The notes beneath the pieces are model-generated. The model was not told where the DNA came from, ran no database searches, and saw only the letters and a program-made list of their open reading frames with translations. From Patescibacteria group bacterium (GTDB taxonomy: Bacteria > Patescibacteriota > Saccharimonadia > UBA4664 > SCTI01), in assembly GCA_004297735.1 (NCBI GenBank), contig SCTI01000002.1:64160-128159 (forward strand): a DNA stretch of 64,000 nt, in the 5' to 3' direction. Below, in pieces: positions 50,037-60,341 of the stretch (the first letter of the stretch is position 1; every line of letters starts with the position of its first letter). Both the position numbers and the translations under genes were made by a program.

Positions 50037-51602
50037 TTAAGCCTCCGCTCCAGGTTGACGACGGTATGGTGCCAGCGCCTTGGTGGCACACTGCAACAGC
50101 TCATCGCGACTATCGGCCGACAGTTTGTCGCCCTGGTTGACCTGTTTGGTTAACTTAGCGTGGTGCTCGGTTAAATTATTGAGCGCCGCACGAATAGCGT
50201 CGGTCATATCATCCATTGAAACCTGATCAAACAGACCCTCTTCGCCAGCTAAAAGCAAGATTGACTGCTCAGCCACGCCCAGTGGGCTGTACTGCGGCTG
50301 TTTAAGGATGGCGGTCATCCGCTCACCGCGCACCAAGCGCTGCTTGGTTTCAGCATCCAGATCAGACGAAAACTGACCAAAGCTAGCGACTTCGCGGTAC
50401 TGAGCCAGATTAATTCGCAATGAACCGGCCAGCTTTTTGATAACTGGCGGCTGAGCCGCTCCACCCACCCGCGAAACACTTAATCCAACGTTAATGGCGG
50501 GGCGAGTACCCTGGTTAAACAGATCGGTATCTAAAAAGATTTGGCCGTCGGTAATACTAATCACATTGGTTGGAATGTAGGCGCTAACATCGCCGGCCTG
50601 GGTTTCAATAATTGGCAGCGCGGTCAGCGAACCACCACCCTGCTTGTCGCTCAGCTTGGCGCTGCGCTCCAGTAAGCGTGAGTGCAGGTAGAACACGTCT
50701 CCCGGGAAGGCCTCGCGACCTGGTGGACGGCGCAGTAGCAACGACAGCTGTCGGTAAGCCTGGGCGTGCTTGGTAAGGTCGTCGTAAATAATTAACGCGT
50801 CGCCCTTGTTGTCGCGGAACTCCTCGGCCATGGCGGTGGCGGCATAGGGAGCCAAATACTGCAACGCTGCCGCATCCGATGCCCCGGCCGCCACAATAAT
50901 GGTGTTATCCAGCGCGCCGGCCTGGCGCAGCTTTTCGGTCAGCTGAGCCACTCGCGACAGCTTCTGCCCAATTGCCACATACACGCTGACTACACCGCTG
51001 TCCTGCTTGGTTTGGTTGATGATAGTGTCGACAGCGATTGCGGTCTTACCGGTACCACGGTCACCAATGATCAATTGGCGCTGGCCGCGGCCAACTGGGG
51101 TAACCGCATCGATCGAAACCAAGCCGGTGGCCAAGGGCTGGTGTACCGACTGGCGGCTCATCACGTCAGGAGCCGGAGCCTCAACCGGGCGACGAGTCTT
51201 GGTTTTAATCTCACCCTTACCGTCCAGGGGCCGCCCCAGCGGATCAACCACTCGACCCAACAACGCCTTGCCGGCCGGAACTGTTAGCAGTTGATTGGTT
51301 GAGGTAACCCTCGCCCCCGCCATAATCGCTTGATCATCGCCAAGTACCACCGCGCCAACCTGATCCTGCAACAGGTTGAGCACCAAAGCCTGGACGCTGC
51401 CGGCAGCGGTCTCAATTTCAACCACCTCGCCCATCCGCTGGCTGCTCAGGCCTTCGTAGCTCACCACGCCATCACCCACCTTGAGCACTCGCCCCTCCGC
51501 CTTAAGCTCGGCCGGCGCCGAAAGTCCCTTAGCCGAATCAATAAGAGCCTGTTTGACCGCTGAAACATCGATTTTGGGGGTAGATTTTTGGGTATTAGCC
51601 AT
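50037..51602 (-). CDS. atpA: ATP synthase F1 alpha subunit
   Basis: 521 aa; GDRGTGKT P-loop. Confidence 0.95.
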   Translation of the reverse strand: MANTQKSTPKIDVSAVKQALIDSAKGLSAPAELKAEGRVLKVGDGVVSYEGLSSQRMGEVVEIETAAGSVQALVLNLLQDQVGAVVLGDDQAIMAGARVTSTNQLLTVPAGKALLGRVVDPLGRPLDGKGEIKTKTRRPVEAPAPDVMSRQSVHQPLATGLVSIDAVTPVGRGQRQLIIGDRGTGKTAIAVDTIINQTKQDSGVVSVYVAIGQKLSRVAQLTEKLRQAGALDNTIIVAAGASDAAALQYLAPYAATAMAEEFRDNKGDALIIYDDLTKHAQAYRQLSLLLRRPPGREAFPGDVFYLHSRLLERSAKLSDKQGGGSLTALPIIETQAGDVSAYIPTNVISITDGQIFLDTDLFNQGTRPAINVGLSVSRVGGAAQPPVIKKLAGSLRINLAQYREVASFGQFSSDLDAETKQRLVRGERMTAILKQPQYSPLGVAEQSILLLAGEEGLFDQVSMDDMTDAIRAALNNLTEHHAKLTKQVNQGDKLSADSRDELLQCATKALAPYRRQPGAEA

Positions 51603-51990
51603 GGATTGCTCCTAGTTTAGTTAGTTTATGTTGCACGGTATCACGCACGACGTGATCACCCACACGTGCCTCAAAGCCACCAATCAGCTCCGGTTTAACC
51701 TGGTTGGTGTAGCTGTAGTGGCTGAGCCCAGCCTGCTTAGCTAGAGCGGCCGCAATCTGGTCAAGCTCGGCAGGAGCCAGCTCGTGAGCGGTGGTAATGG
51801 CAATCTCGGCCGTCTGATGCCGGCGAATAATCTCTTGCTCAATCGCCTGGACTAGCGAATCAACCTGATTACTGTAACCATTATCGGCCGCCAATTGCAT
51901 GGTAGCCGCCGCCAGCCCCTCCAGCGGCTGATGCTCCAACTGGTCTACAAACTGCGCCGCTAGCGCTCGCTTTGATAGTTTTGGTGTCAC
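51595..51990 (-). CDS. atpH: ATP synthase F1 delta (OSCP) subunit, short form
   Basis: 131 aa, ELIGGF..GD C-terminal motif. Confidence 0.75.
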   Translation of the reverse strand: MTPKLSKRALAAQFVDQLEHQPLEGLAAATMQLAADNGYSNQVDSLVQAIEQEIIRRHQTAEIAITTAHELAPAELDQIAAALAKQAGLSHYSYTNQVKPELIGGFEARVGDHVVRDTVQHKLTKLGAIHG

Positions 51991-52514
51991 TACTTGGCCG
52001 CTCCGGTTAATGCTTTTTTAACACTAGCCGCATCAGCCTTAGGACTGATCTCGCCACGAGTGACCTCGGTGGTAGCGGTGGCAACCACCTCACCCATCTC
52101 TCTAAGCAGCTCAGCCTGCGCCTTAGCCTGCTGGGAGGCCAAATGGCGCTCACCTTGGGCGACGGCCGCCTGAGCGTTCCCACGAGCCTCCGCAACGATC
52201 TGCTTGGCCTCATGCTCGGCTTCCAAGCGGGCGTCGGCAATCAACTGCTTAGCCTCGGTCTTGGCAGCCGCCAGCACCTTGTCGCGCTCATCCTGAGCCT
52301 GGGCCGCCTCAAGCTTGGCCTGCTGAGCCTGCTGCAAACTAGCTTCAATTGCCTTACGGCGCTTTTCGAGCAGGTTGATGATTGGCGGAAAGGCATACTT
52401 TTGCAGCACCCAGTACAGGATGGCAAAGTTGATCAACTGGAAGACCAGCGCCCCCAGGTTAATCCCTAGTGCGCCCAGTCCCCCGGTACTTTCGGCTGCA
52501 AACATGAACTGCAT
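51990..52514 (-). CDS. atpF: ATP synthase Fo b subunit
   Basis: N-terminal TM plus long Ala/Gln/Glu coiled coil. Confidence 0.85.
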   Translation of the reverse strand: MQFMFAAESTGGLGALGINLGALVFQLINFAILYWVLQKYAFPPIINLLEKRRKAIEASLQQAQQAKLEAAQAQDERDKVLAAAKTEAKQLIADARLEAEHEAKQIVAEARGNAQAAVAQGERHLASQQAKAQAELLREMGEVVATATTEVTRGEISPKADAASVKKALTGAAK

Positions 52515-52547
52515 CTTAAATTATTTTCTCCTTAAACCCCTTCATCC

Positions 52548-52775
52548 CTACAAGAACAGGATGATGAAAGCGAACAGCAAGGCAAAGATGGCTAGAGCCT
52601 CGGTAAAGGCAATACCCAAAATCATGGTCTGCTGTACCTTGCTTTGCGATTCTGGGTTACGACCGATCGCCTCGACTGCCTTAGCGGCGATTAAGCCAAT
52701 GCCGATACCCGGTCCAATCGCGCCGATGGCGATGGTTAGGCCGGCGGCTAGGTTCTTCATACTTTCTGCGTCCAT
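52548..52775 (-). CDS. atpE: ATP synthase Fo c subunit (start at MDAESMKNL.., AAAGGAGAA RBS)
   Basis: Hairpin of two TM helices with conserved carboxylate. Confidence 0.85.
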   Translation of the reverse strand: MDAESMKNLAAGLTIAIGAIGPGIGIGLIAAKAVEAIGRNPESQSKVQQTMILGIAFTEALAIFALLFAFIILFL

Positions 52776-52797
52776 TATTTTCTCCTTTAATCGTTCT

Positions 52798-53529
52798 TTA
52801 ATGAGCTGCTTCGTGGCTGGTCGACATTGCAATAAACACCATCGTCAGCATCGTGAATACCAGTGCTTGAATAAAGCCAACAAAAATCTCGAGCCCCCAA
52901 AATGGCGTGGGTCCGAGTAGCGGCAGGAGCGCCGAAATCACGATCAGAAGCACCTCTCCTGCAAAGATATTACCAAATAATCGGAAAGAGAACGAGATCA
53001 CCCGGGTAGATTCTAGAATAATCTCCTGTACACCCAGAATATTCATCATCGGATTACTCGAAAAGTACCGTCGTAGGTTGCCAATGACGCCAAGCTCCCT
53101 AATCGCGTAAACCTGGGTCAAAATCACCGAGATCAGAGCCAAGGCAATGGTGGCGCTGAGGTCGGCCGTGACCGCCCGGAACAAAGGCACCTCACCAATG
53201 GTAATGGTGTTAAAACCAGGAAGTTGGGCAAACCAGTTGTTGCCCAAAATAAATAGAAAGATTGTGGCCAAGAACGGAAAGTACTGGAGGGCTCGTTGGC
53301 GACTGCCAAACACTCCCACCATCTGGTCAAGCAGGGTTTCAATCAAGGCCTCAATCGCCCCGGCAAAGCCACCAGCTGGGTGCAGCTTAATCTGGCGGGC
53401 GGCGTACACCATGCCCCCTCCTATCAGGACCGTGGTGATCACCGCGGTCAACATAGAGTTGGTAACCACAAAAGAACCGATATGCGCTATCGGTTCAGGT
53501 GCCAAACTTACATGCATTTCGGCGGCCAT
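52798..53529 (-). CDS. atpB: ATP synthase Fo a subunit
   Basis: 243 aa polytopic; conserved Arg-containing helix (..RLFGNIFAGE..). Confidence 0.88.
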   Translation of the reverse strand: MAAEMHVSLAPEPIAHIGSFVVTNSMLTAVITTVLIGGGMVYAARQIKLHPAGGFAGAIEALIETLLDQMVGVFGSRQRALQYFPFLATIFLFILGNNWFAQLPGFNTITIGEVPLFRAVTADLSATIALALISVILTQVYAIRELGVIGNLRRYFSSNPMMNILGVQEIILESTRVISFSFRLFGNIFAGEVLLIVISALLPLLGPTPFWGLEIFVGFIQALVFTMLTMVFIAMSTSHEAAH

Positions 53530-53580
53530 ATGGACTCCATTACCTGGTGATTATAGCAGCTACTTGCTGTCGATGGAATA

Positions 53581-53603
53581 TGTAGATACAATGTAGATAC
53601 AAT
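53581..53603. repeat. Tandem direct repeat (GTAGATACAAT)x2 in the divergent atpB/mazE promoter region
   Basis: Read directly; candidate operator. Confidence 0.5.
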
Positions 53604-53647
53604 TTACATAGGTCGAGTTAAGAATTATTTAATGTCGGGGTGCTAGC

Positions 53648-53923
53648 ATGAGATCTCAGATAACTAAATGGGGCAACAGTATGGCGGTACGCATACCAAA
53701 AGAAATCCTAGAGCAAACTGGGATCAAGGCACAGCAAACGGTCGATATCCGGGCTCAGGAGGGCGCAATCGTGATTGAACCTGCACTAAGTCGCGAGGAG
53801 CAGCTTAAACAACTGGTTGAGCAGATTACTCCTGAAAACAGGCATGAGCTGATTGACTGGGGCGAGGATGTAGGTGGGGAGATTTTGGAGCCATATGAAG
53901 GCGAAATACCAAAGTTTGACTAG
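53648..53923 (+). CDS. mazE: MazE/AbrB-type antitoxin
   Basis: SpoVT/AbrB swapped-hairpin N-terminus KWGNSMAVRIPKEIL. Confidence 0.8.
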   Translation: MRSQITKWGNSMAVRIPKEILEQTGIKAQQTVDIRAQEGAIVIEPALSREEQLKQLVEQITPENRHELIDWGEDVGGEILEPYEGEIPKFD

Positions 53924-54242
53924 AGGCGATGTCGTTTGGGCCAACTTAAGCCCTTCCAAGGGCTCGGAGCAGCGTGGGCTCAGACCGGTTATCATACTAA
54001 CACCTACGATATATCATGCCAAAAGCGGCATAATTGTGGTTTGCCCAGTAACTTCTCGGAGTAAAGGGTACCCATTTGAGGTCCCGCTCCCCCTATCAGG
54101 CACAGTTAGGGGCGTGGCTCTGTGCGATCAGATAAGAAGCATTCATGTTACCTCAAGGGTGAAGGGATTTGCCGGTCAGGTATCGAGTAGAACCCTGGCT
54201 GAGATCGAAGAAAAGCTCAAAATATTATTGCAGTTTAGCTAG
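53895..54242 (+). CDS. mazF: MazF/PemK-family endoribonuclease toxin (start ATG overlapping mazE by 29 nt)
   Basis: GDVVWANLSP..G.EQ.G.RPVIIL..VVCPVTS pattern. Confidence 0.8.
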   Translation: MKAKYQSLTRGDVVWANLSPSKGSEQRGLRPVIILTPTIYHAKSGIIVVCPVTSRSKGYPFEVPLPLSGTVRGVALCDQIRSIHVTSRVKGFAGQVSSRTLAEIEEKLKILLQFS

Positions 54243-54280
54243 GACTGAGTTCTTTAGTATTCTACTGCTATAATCACCCC

Positions 54281-54841
54281 ATGACTAAAGTATCGGTTGA
54301 GTACGCTCACATATACACGAATCAACAGATTGCTGAGGAGCATCAAGTATCGCTCCAGGTTTTGAGCGGGGTTACTCAGGAGCTAGAAAATGCGGGTAAG
54401 AGTAGTTCTCTGGTGGTTCTGGTTGATGACTACTCCTTCCCCGATCCATCATTCGACTATAGCAAGTTCTCTGAATGGCTTGAGACACAGGGCTTTAAAC
54501 CTGATTTATTGTTTCGAGAGAGCCAACTGATACCTGTATGCGACGAGGTGCTTTCGCTCGTTAACGACACGCAATTGAAGACTCAGATCAATGACTACAT
54601 TAGGGCTAAAAAGTACCCTTGTTCATTATTTATTGCAGCGTGGTACCTACTTCGCCTTGGCAAGATTCAATCTCAGCTCTACCCTGTAGCACTACAATCG
54701 GATGAGCTGATTAATATCCTTCCCGAGAGCTTTAAGCCATTTGAAGATAAGGGGCTGGAAATTATCAAGGCTACCAAGTTTGCTAATGCCGCAGACTCTA
54801 TAAGTTATAAGTTCTTGCCCGGCCGACTTATTGCAGTTTAA
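54281..54841 (+). CDS. Hypothetical protein (186 aa) in a low-GC (about 44%) segment
   Basis: Clean ORF with a hairpin terminator downstream; composition differs from the backbone in the opposite direction to the GC-rich islets. Confidence 0.5.
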   Translation: MTKVSVEYAHIYTNQQIAEEHQVSLQVLSGVTQELENAGKSSSLVVLVDDYSFPDPSFDYSKFSEWLETQGFKPDLLFRESQLIPVCDEVLSLVNDTQLKTQINDYIRAKKYPCSLFIAAWYLLRLGKIQSQLYPVALQSDELINILPESFKPFEDKGLEIIKATKFANAADSISYKFLPGRLIAV

Positions 54842-54914
54842 ATGACTTGAGCGCCTCGACCGGGGTGTCGAAGCGCTCTCTGTGGCTTAGATGGCGGCGA
54901 CTCACTCGGAGTAA

Positions 54915-55106
54915 CTACTCTCCGTTTATCGAGCCGTCATAACCGTGAAGAGACACGATTGCGTAGCCATGATCACGGTTGGTGTTGCAGGTGTCGGTAG
55001 CAGCAGCGAGAGCCGCTACTAGGCCGAGAGCCCCGGCCCCGATGAGGCCAATCATCCTCCAGGGGTGCCCCCAGATGGCACCGGTCAGACGACCAAGGAT
55101 GATCAT
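54915..55106 (-). CDS. Tiny membrane peptide 4 of 4 (about 63 aa, single TM)
   Basis: ATGA overlap with the preceding peptide; GC-rich islet. Confidence 0.45.
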   Translation of the reverse strand: MIILGRLTGAIWGHPWRMIGLIGAGALGLVAALAAATDTCNTNRDHGYAIVSLHGYDGSINGE

Positions 55107-55246
55107 GGGCGCCACCCCGCCCCGTCTTCCTCGATGTCGACCCAGAGAAGCTCATCAGACCCCTTTGAACCGATCACCGCAACCAGGCCAATGGCCCCGA
55201 ACAAGGCGGCCACGGCGGCGGCCAGCTTGCGCTTCTTGTGCGTCAT
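55103..55246 (-). CDS. Tiny membrane peptide 3 of 4 (47 aa, MTHKKRKLAAAVAALFGAIGLVAVIG..)
   Basis: GGGAGGAGAG RBS; ATGA start/stop overlaps on both sides. Confidence 0.45.
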   Translation of the reverse strand: MTHKKRKLAAAVAALFGAIGLVAVIGSKGSDELLWVDIEEDGAGWRP

Positions 55247-55380
55247 GACCTGCTCTCCTCCCGGTAGGGAACGACGTTGTACTGGCGCGGCCTGATGCGA
55301 TCGTGAATTGAGTATGCGATGAGAGGAGCGATGAAGTAGGCCGCTACAGCCATCAACCCCAGCTTTACTACTCTACCCAT
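55243..55380 (-). CDS. Tiny membrane peptide 2 of 4 (45 aa, MGRVVKLGLMAVAAYFIAPLIAYSI..)
   Basis: GGAGGTAGGTG RBS; stop overlaps next ATG. Confidence 0.45.
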   Translation of the reverse strand: MGRVVKLGLMAVAAYFIAPLIAYSIHDRIRPRQYNVVPYREESRS

Positions 55381-55394
55381 CACCTACCTCCGAT

Positions 55395-55538
55395 CTAGTA
55401 GCCGTCGGCGTGATCGCGCTCGATCGCCCGTGAAGCAAAATGAGCTCCGATGAAGCCAAACACTGCCGCAATCAAGGCAGAGGCTATCACGATTCCGGCG
55501 CAAACGAGGACAATGTCGGTCGTACTCAGGTTTGGCAC
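55395..55538 (-). CDS. Tiny membrane peptide 1 of 4 (47 aa if GTG start with GGGAGG RBS; the ORF-track start at 55646 lies inside the 16S terminator hairpin)
   Basis: Single hydrophobic helix IVLVCAGIVIASALIAAVFGFIGAHF. Confidence 0.4.
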   Translation of the reverse strand: MPNLSTTDIVLVCAGIVIASALIAAVFGFIGAHFASRAIERDHADGY

Positions 55539-55599
55539 AGCACCTCCCAGGGTGAGAATTTGCTTATGCTGGGTAGAATTTAACCATAAGCCAGGAGCC

Positions 55600-55632
55600 A
55601 AAGCAACAAAAAACCACCCTTGGGGTGGTTTC
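55600..55632 (-). terminator. Intrinsic terminator downstream of 16S rRNA (AAACCACCCCAAGGGTGGTTTTTTGTTGCTTT on the minus strand)
   Basis: Stem plus U-run read directly. Confidence 0.8.
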
Positions 55633-55835
55633 AGCGTTGAAATCAAAGTAGTGCAGTGTAAGGGCCATACAGTTCACCCATCGTTGTGCTGATCTAGTCA
55701 GCGAGGTCTCTCATAAAGAGAGATCGACCTAGAAGTATCGCAGCCGATATCAAGAGCACGTCTTGCGACAGCTCAATTAACATCGGTCTGGCCGTAGGTC
55801 ATGCCTACGGAACATGTTGCCATGTCATTCTCCCT

Positions 55836-57347
<1,512 letters not shown>

Positions 57348-57631
57348 TTGATACTCCGAAGAGTATCTGGTTGTTTGAACCCGCTGCTAACTGTTGTTAA
57401 CTTTGGTTATTCTCAAAAGTGAACTGATGGTTTTCGTTTACACTGCACTACTTTAGATTTCAACTTGCAGCGTCAGGCGTATGGAGCTGGTGCCACCCAA
57501 AGCGCGTGCACGCTTTGGCAGACAAAAAATAGCCGACCCTTGGGCCGCTATCTAAGTGAGCTTCACACTTTCAAGACGTTAAGCCCAATTCTACTGGAGT
57601 GTTGCAATTGTGTCAACAGGTAAGACGTGGT

Positions 57632-59422
57632 TTAAGACTGGGGTTGGTTCTGATCTGGTGAGCCGGCAGACGACTGCTGCTCATCGAGACGATCAAGCGG
57701 ACTGTGGTGCGGAATAATGGTTGGTGCCACCGCACCATCTTCGAATGGAGCTTTTAGCTCGGTATTTGCGACCTCAATGTGGTGCTGCCCTGGCGGCTGA
57801 TAGGCCTGCGGGTCGTTTGCTGGGGGCTGAACGGCCGATGCGGCGGCCGGATTATTGGTTGGATTACTGGTTGGGGTTGCCGACACTGGCGCGGCCGCCT
57901 CGGGAGTAACACCAGCCGTCATATAACTTGAGGCGTCATAGCCACTCGATTGGCTGCGGCGGCGAATGAACCAAATACCACCCGCAATTAGCAGTAGCAG
58001 TACCACTACTAGGCTGATTATCATCGGCAGCAAGTTGCTTTGCTTAACGCCGGCTACCAGTATGGTTTGAGCGGTGTCGGACTCAAAGCTAAAGCCACCG
58101 GCATCTTGGTTGTAGGCAGTATCGCTCTTTTGCCACTGATTGTCCTTGTAGCCATACAGCACCGGCTTAAGCTGACCCATAGCGTCCTTGTCTACATTAA
58201 TGGTGTACTTAACCGGCTGCTTAAAGGTTTCGATGGTGTCACCGTTGGACTTTTTACAGATCAGCTTATAGGGTGAAGATTTGGCCTCGGTCCCCTTTGG
58301 CAGAGCCACCTCAATCTCTTTGTCTTCAATAATGCGACAGTCGGCCTCCTCTTCGAGGGCTCCAGCCGGGATAACCACCGCCACGGCAGCGTTTTCGCTT
58401 GAAATAGTGGTTTCCTCGTCGGTCTTGGCGTTAGGCTGGAACTGACCGGTCGCAATCTCGCCGTCAACGCTCGCGCTGGCGTTGATGGCGGCATCGTAGG
58501 CAATAACTCGGTAGTAGTAGGTCTTAGAGTAATCGGCGCCAGTGTCGGTATAGGTTGTGTCGGTAACGTTGTCGTTAAGCATGTCCCAGGCGGTCTTATC
58601 GGTAGAGCGCTCAACGCTGTAACGTGATACCCCTATATTATCGGTTGCGGCGGTCCAACTTAAAGCCACCATGCCAGATGAAGGCGAGGTGATTTTTAGA
58701 TCGGTTGGTGGATTCGGTGGAGTTGAATCAGTTTGGCTCGCAGCCGGGGTCGAAGCAGCCGGGGCGGCGGCGGGAGCGCTGGAGCGAGCCGCTGAGCTCG
58801 AGGCGACCTTGGGCTTGGCCGCCGGTGCTGAAGCTGGTTTTGGTGCTGCGGCAGCTGGTGCTGGTACAGGGCAGCCGCCGTTACTGGACGGCCCCGACTG
58901 AGTTGGACAGCGATCATCTTTGTCTGACACATTATCATTGTCAGCATCAGGATAGCGAACGTAAAACTCTAGATTATTGGTGACGCCGGCGGTTATGCTT
59001 ACCGGAATATTGGACTTGATCGGACTATTCGGAGCCACCTCCATACCAGCTGGAAGATTGGTAAACTGGTTAAAGAAAACGTTGAACTTCGTACAGTAGT
59101 CAATACAACCAAAACCGCCGAGCTGCCCATTGCCATTACCGTCAAAAGGCATCCACCCACCGGTTACTCCGCGTCCACTATCTTCAAAAATGCTTACATA
59201 AATATAGGTACCACTTGAAGGTGGAGCTTTTTTTTGACCGCCCGATACGTCATACATCCTCACGATCATTCCGGTGGGGTTATTGTAGGCAAATGATCCT
59301 CGCAGCCACAGATAGCCCAGGCCGGCCGACAAGACAATTAGCAGCATTGCAACTACAGCGCTAAACCTCCGGCTGCGGATTAGCTTAGCGGCGCGCTTCT
59401 TTTTAGGATGCTTTTTGACCAT
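57632..59422 (-). CDS. Surface protein with N-terminal signal anchor, thrombospondin-type-3-like motif, Pro/Ala linker, fibronectin type III domain and C-terminal TM anchor
   Basis: 596 aa; DNDNVSDKDDRCP motif; FN3-like LSWTAATDN..YYYRVIAYD; TTACAG-17-TATAAT promoter 11 nt from the ATG. Confidence 0.6.
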   Translation of the reverse strand: MVKKHPKKKRAAKLIRSRRFSAVVAMLLIVLSAGLGYLWLRGSFAYNNPTGMIVRMYDVSGGQKKAPPSSGTYIYVSIFEDSGRGVTGGWMPFDGNGNGQLGGFGCIDYCTKFNVFFNQFTNLPAGMEVAPNSPIKSNIPVSITAGVTNNLEFYVRYPDADNDNVSDKDDRCPTQSGPSSNGGCPVPAPAAAAPKPASAPAAKPKVASSSAARSSAPAAAPAASTPAASQTDSTPPNPPTDLKITSPSSGMVALSWTAATDNIGVSRYSVERSTDKTAWDMLNDNVTDTTYTDTGADYSKTYYYRVIAYDAAINASASVDGEIATGQFQPNAKTDEETTISSENAAVAVVIPAGALEEEADCRIIEDKEIEVALPKGTEAKSSPYKLICKKSNGDTIETFKQPVKYTINVDKDAMGQLKPVLYGYKDNQWQKSDTAYNQDAGGFSFESDTAQTILVAGVKQSNLLPMIISLVVVLLLLIAGGIWFIRRRSQSSGYDASSYMTAGVTPEAAAPVSATPTSNPTNNPAAASAVQPPANDPQAYQPPGQHHIEVANTELKAPFEDGAVAPTIIPHHSPLDRLDEQQSSAGSPDQNQPQS

Positions 59423-59468
59423 ATTAAGGCCATTATACGATAAAAACGCTTATGCTGTAAGTGATATT

Positions 59469-60341
59469 TTAACGGCGTTTTTTGGCGCGGGCCTTAGCGG
59501 CGCGCCGCTTTTTATTTGGCCCCTCAAACCAGATATCCTTACTGTCCTTGTCGCTAAGTTCGGCTAGCTGCAAAGGAACGTGTGGGCCATAGCTGTATGC
59601 CAGTAAAGCAAAGGTTGCCAGCGAGACGATTAGCAGCAAGCTTGGCCACAACAACCAGTTGGCTCCGGCAATGTTTTGCGAGATTAAGAAGACCAGCCCA
59701 AAACCAATAGCTGCAAAAACCAAGGCTGCCCAGAATCCTAGATGAATTGCCTGAACAATAGCCGGAACCCGACGATACCGGCGAATCACATAAAAGCGGG
59801 CCACAAAGGCCGCCACCACGAATACGGTCGACACCAGCAGTACGGCATACTCAACCATTTGGCCAACTGGTGTTGTAACAAAATCAACGACTCCACCTAG
59901 CTGATTGGCGTTAAACAACGCGGCAAACAGCAATCCAATAATCGCTCCGGCCATTACTTCGAGCGGCTTATGCCCCAGGATTTCGCGCAGCTTGTGCGGT
60001 GGGTGCTTAACCGGCACATTCCCTTCGTTCAATCCGTCGAGAATGGCGTTAATGGCTGCCGCTTGTTCGCCGGTAGAGCGCCTCACGCCAAAAGAGTCGT
60101 ACATCACGATGGCAGCGAAGATGGCCGAAAGCCCAAAGATGGCTGACTGCGGTCCATCAATCAAAAAGGCGGTAAAAGCCAGCGAGCTGACCACGGCTGA
60201 ATGTACGCTGGGCATACCACCGGAGGCATAAAGGTAACGAAAATCGATGCGCCCCTGCCCGGCGGCTACTAAAAACTTGAGCACCTGCGTAATCATCCAA
60301 ACCAGTAGCGGGATGACTATGTAGGGGTTATACAGGTTCAT
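59469..60341 (-). CDS. DUF212/divergent PAP2-family membrane protein with basic C-terminal tail
   Basis: [14 protein letters not shown] motif. Confidence 0.6.
   Translation of the reverse strand: MNLYNPYIVIPLLVWMITQVLKFLVAAGQGRIDFRYLYASGGMPSVHSAVVSSLAFTAFLIDGPQSAIFGLSAIFAAIVMYDSFGVRRSTGEQAAAINAILDGLNEGNVPVKHPPHKLREILGHKPLEVMAGAIIGLLFAALFNANQLGGVVDFVTTPVGQMVEYAVLLVSTVFVVAAFVARFYVIRRYRRVPAIVQAIHLGFWAALVFAAIGFGLVFLISQNIAGANWLLWPSLLLIVSLATFALLAYSYGPHVPLQLAELSDKDSKDIWFEGPNKKRRAAKARAKKRR

Noticed and set aside
55539-55646. Longer 83 aa version of tiny peptide 1 starting at the ATG at 55646
   Set aside because: Its first 36 codons run through the 16S terminator hairpin (AAACCACCCCAAGGGTGGTTT); the internal GTG with a GGGAGG RBS is more plausible
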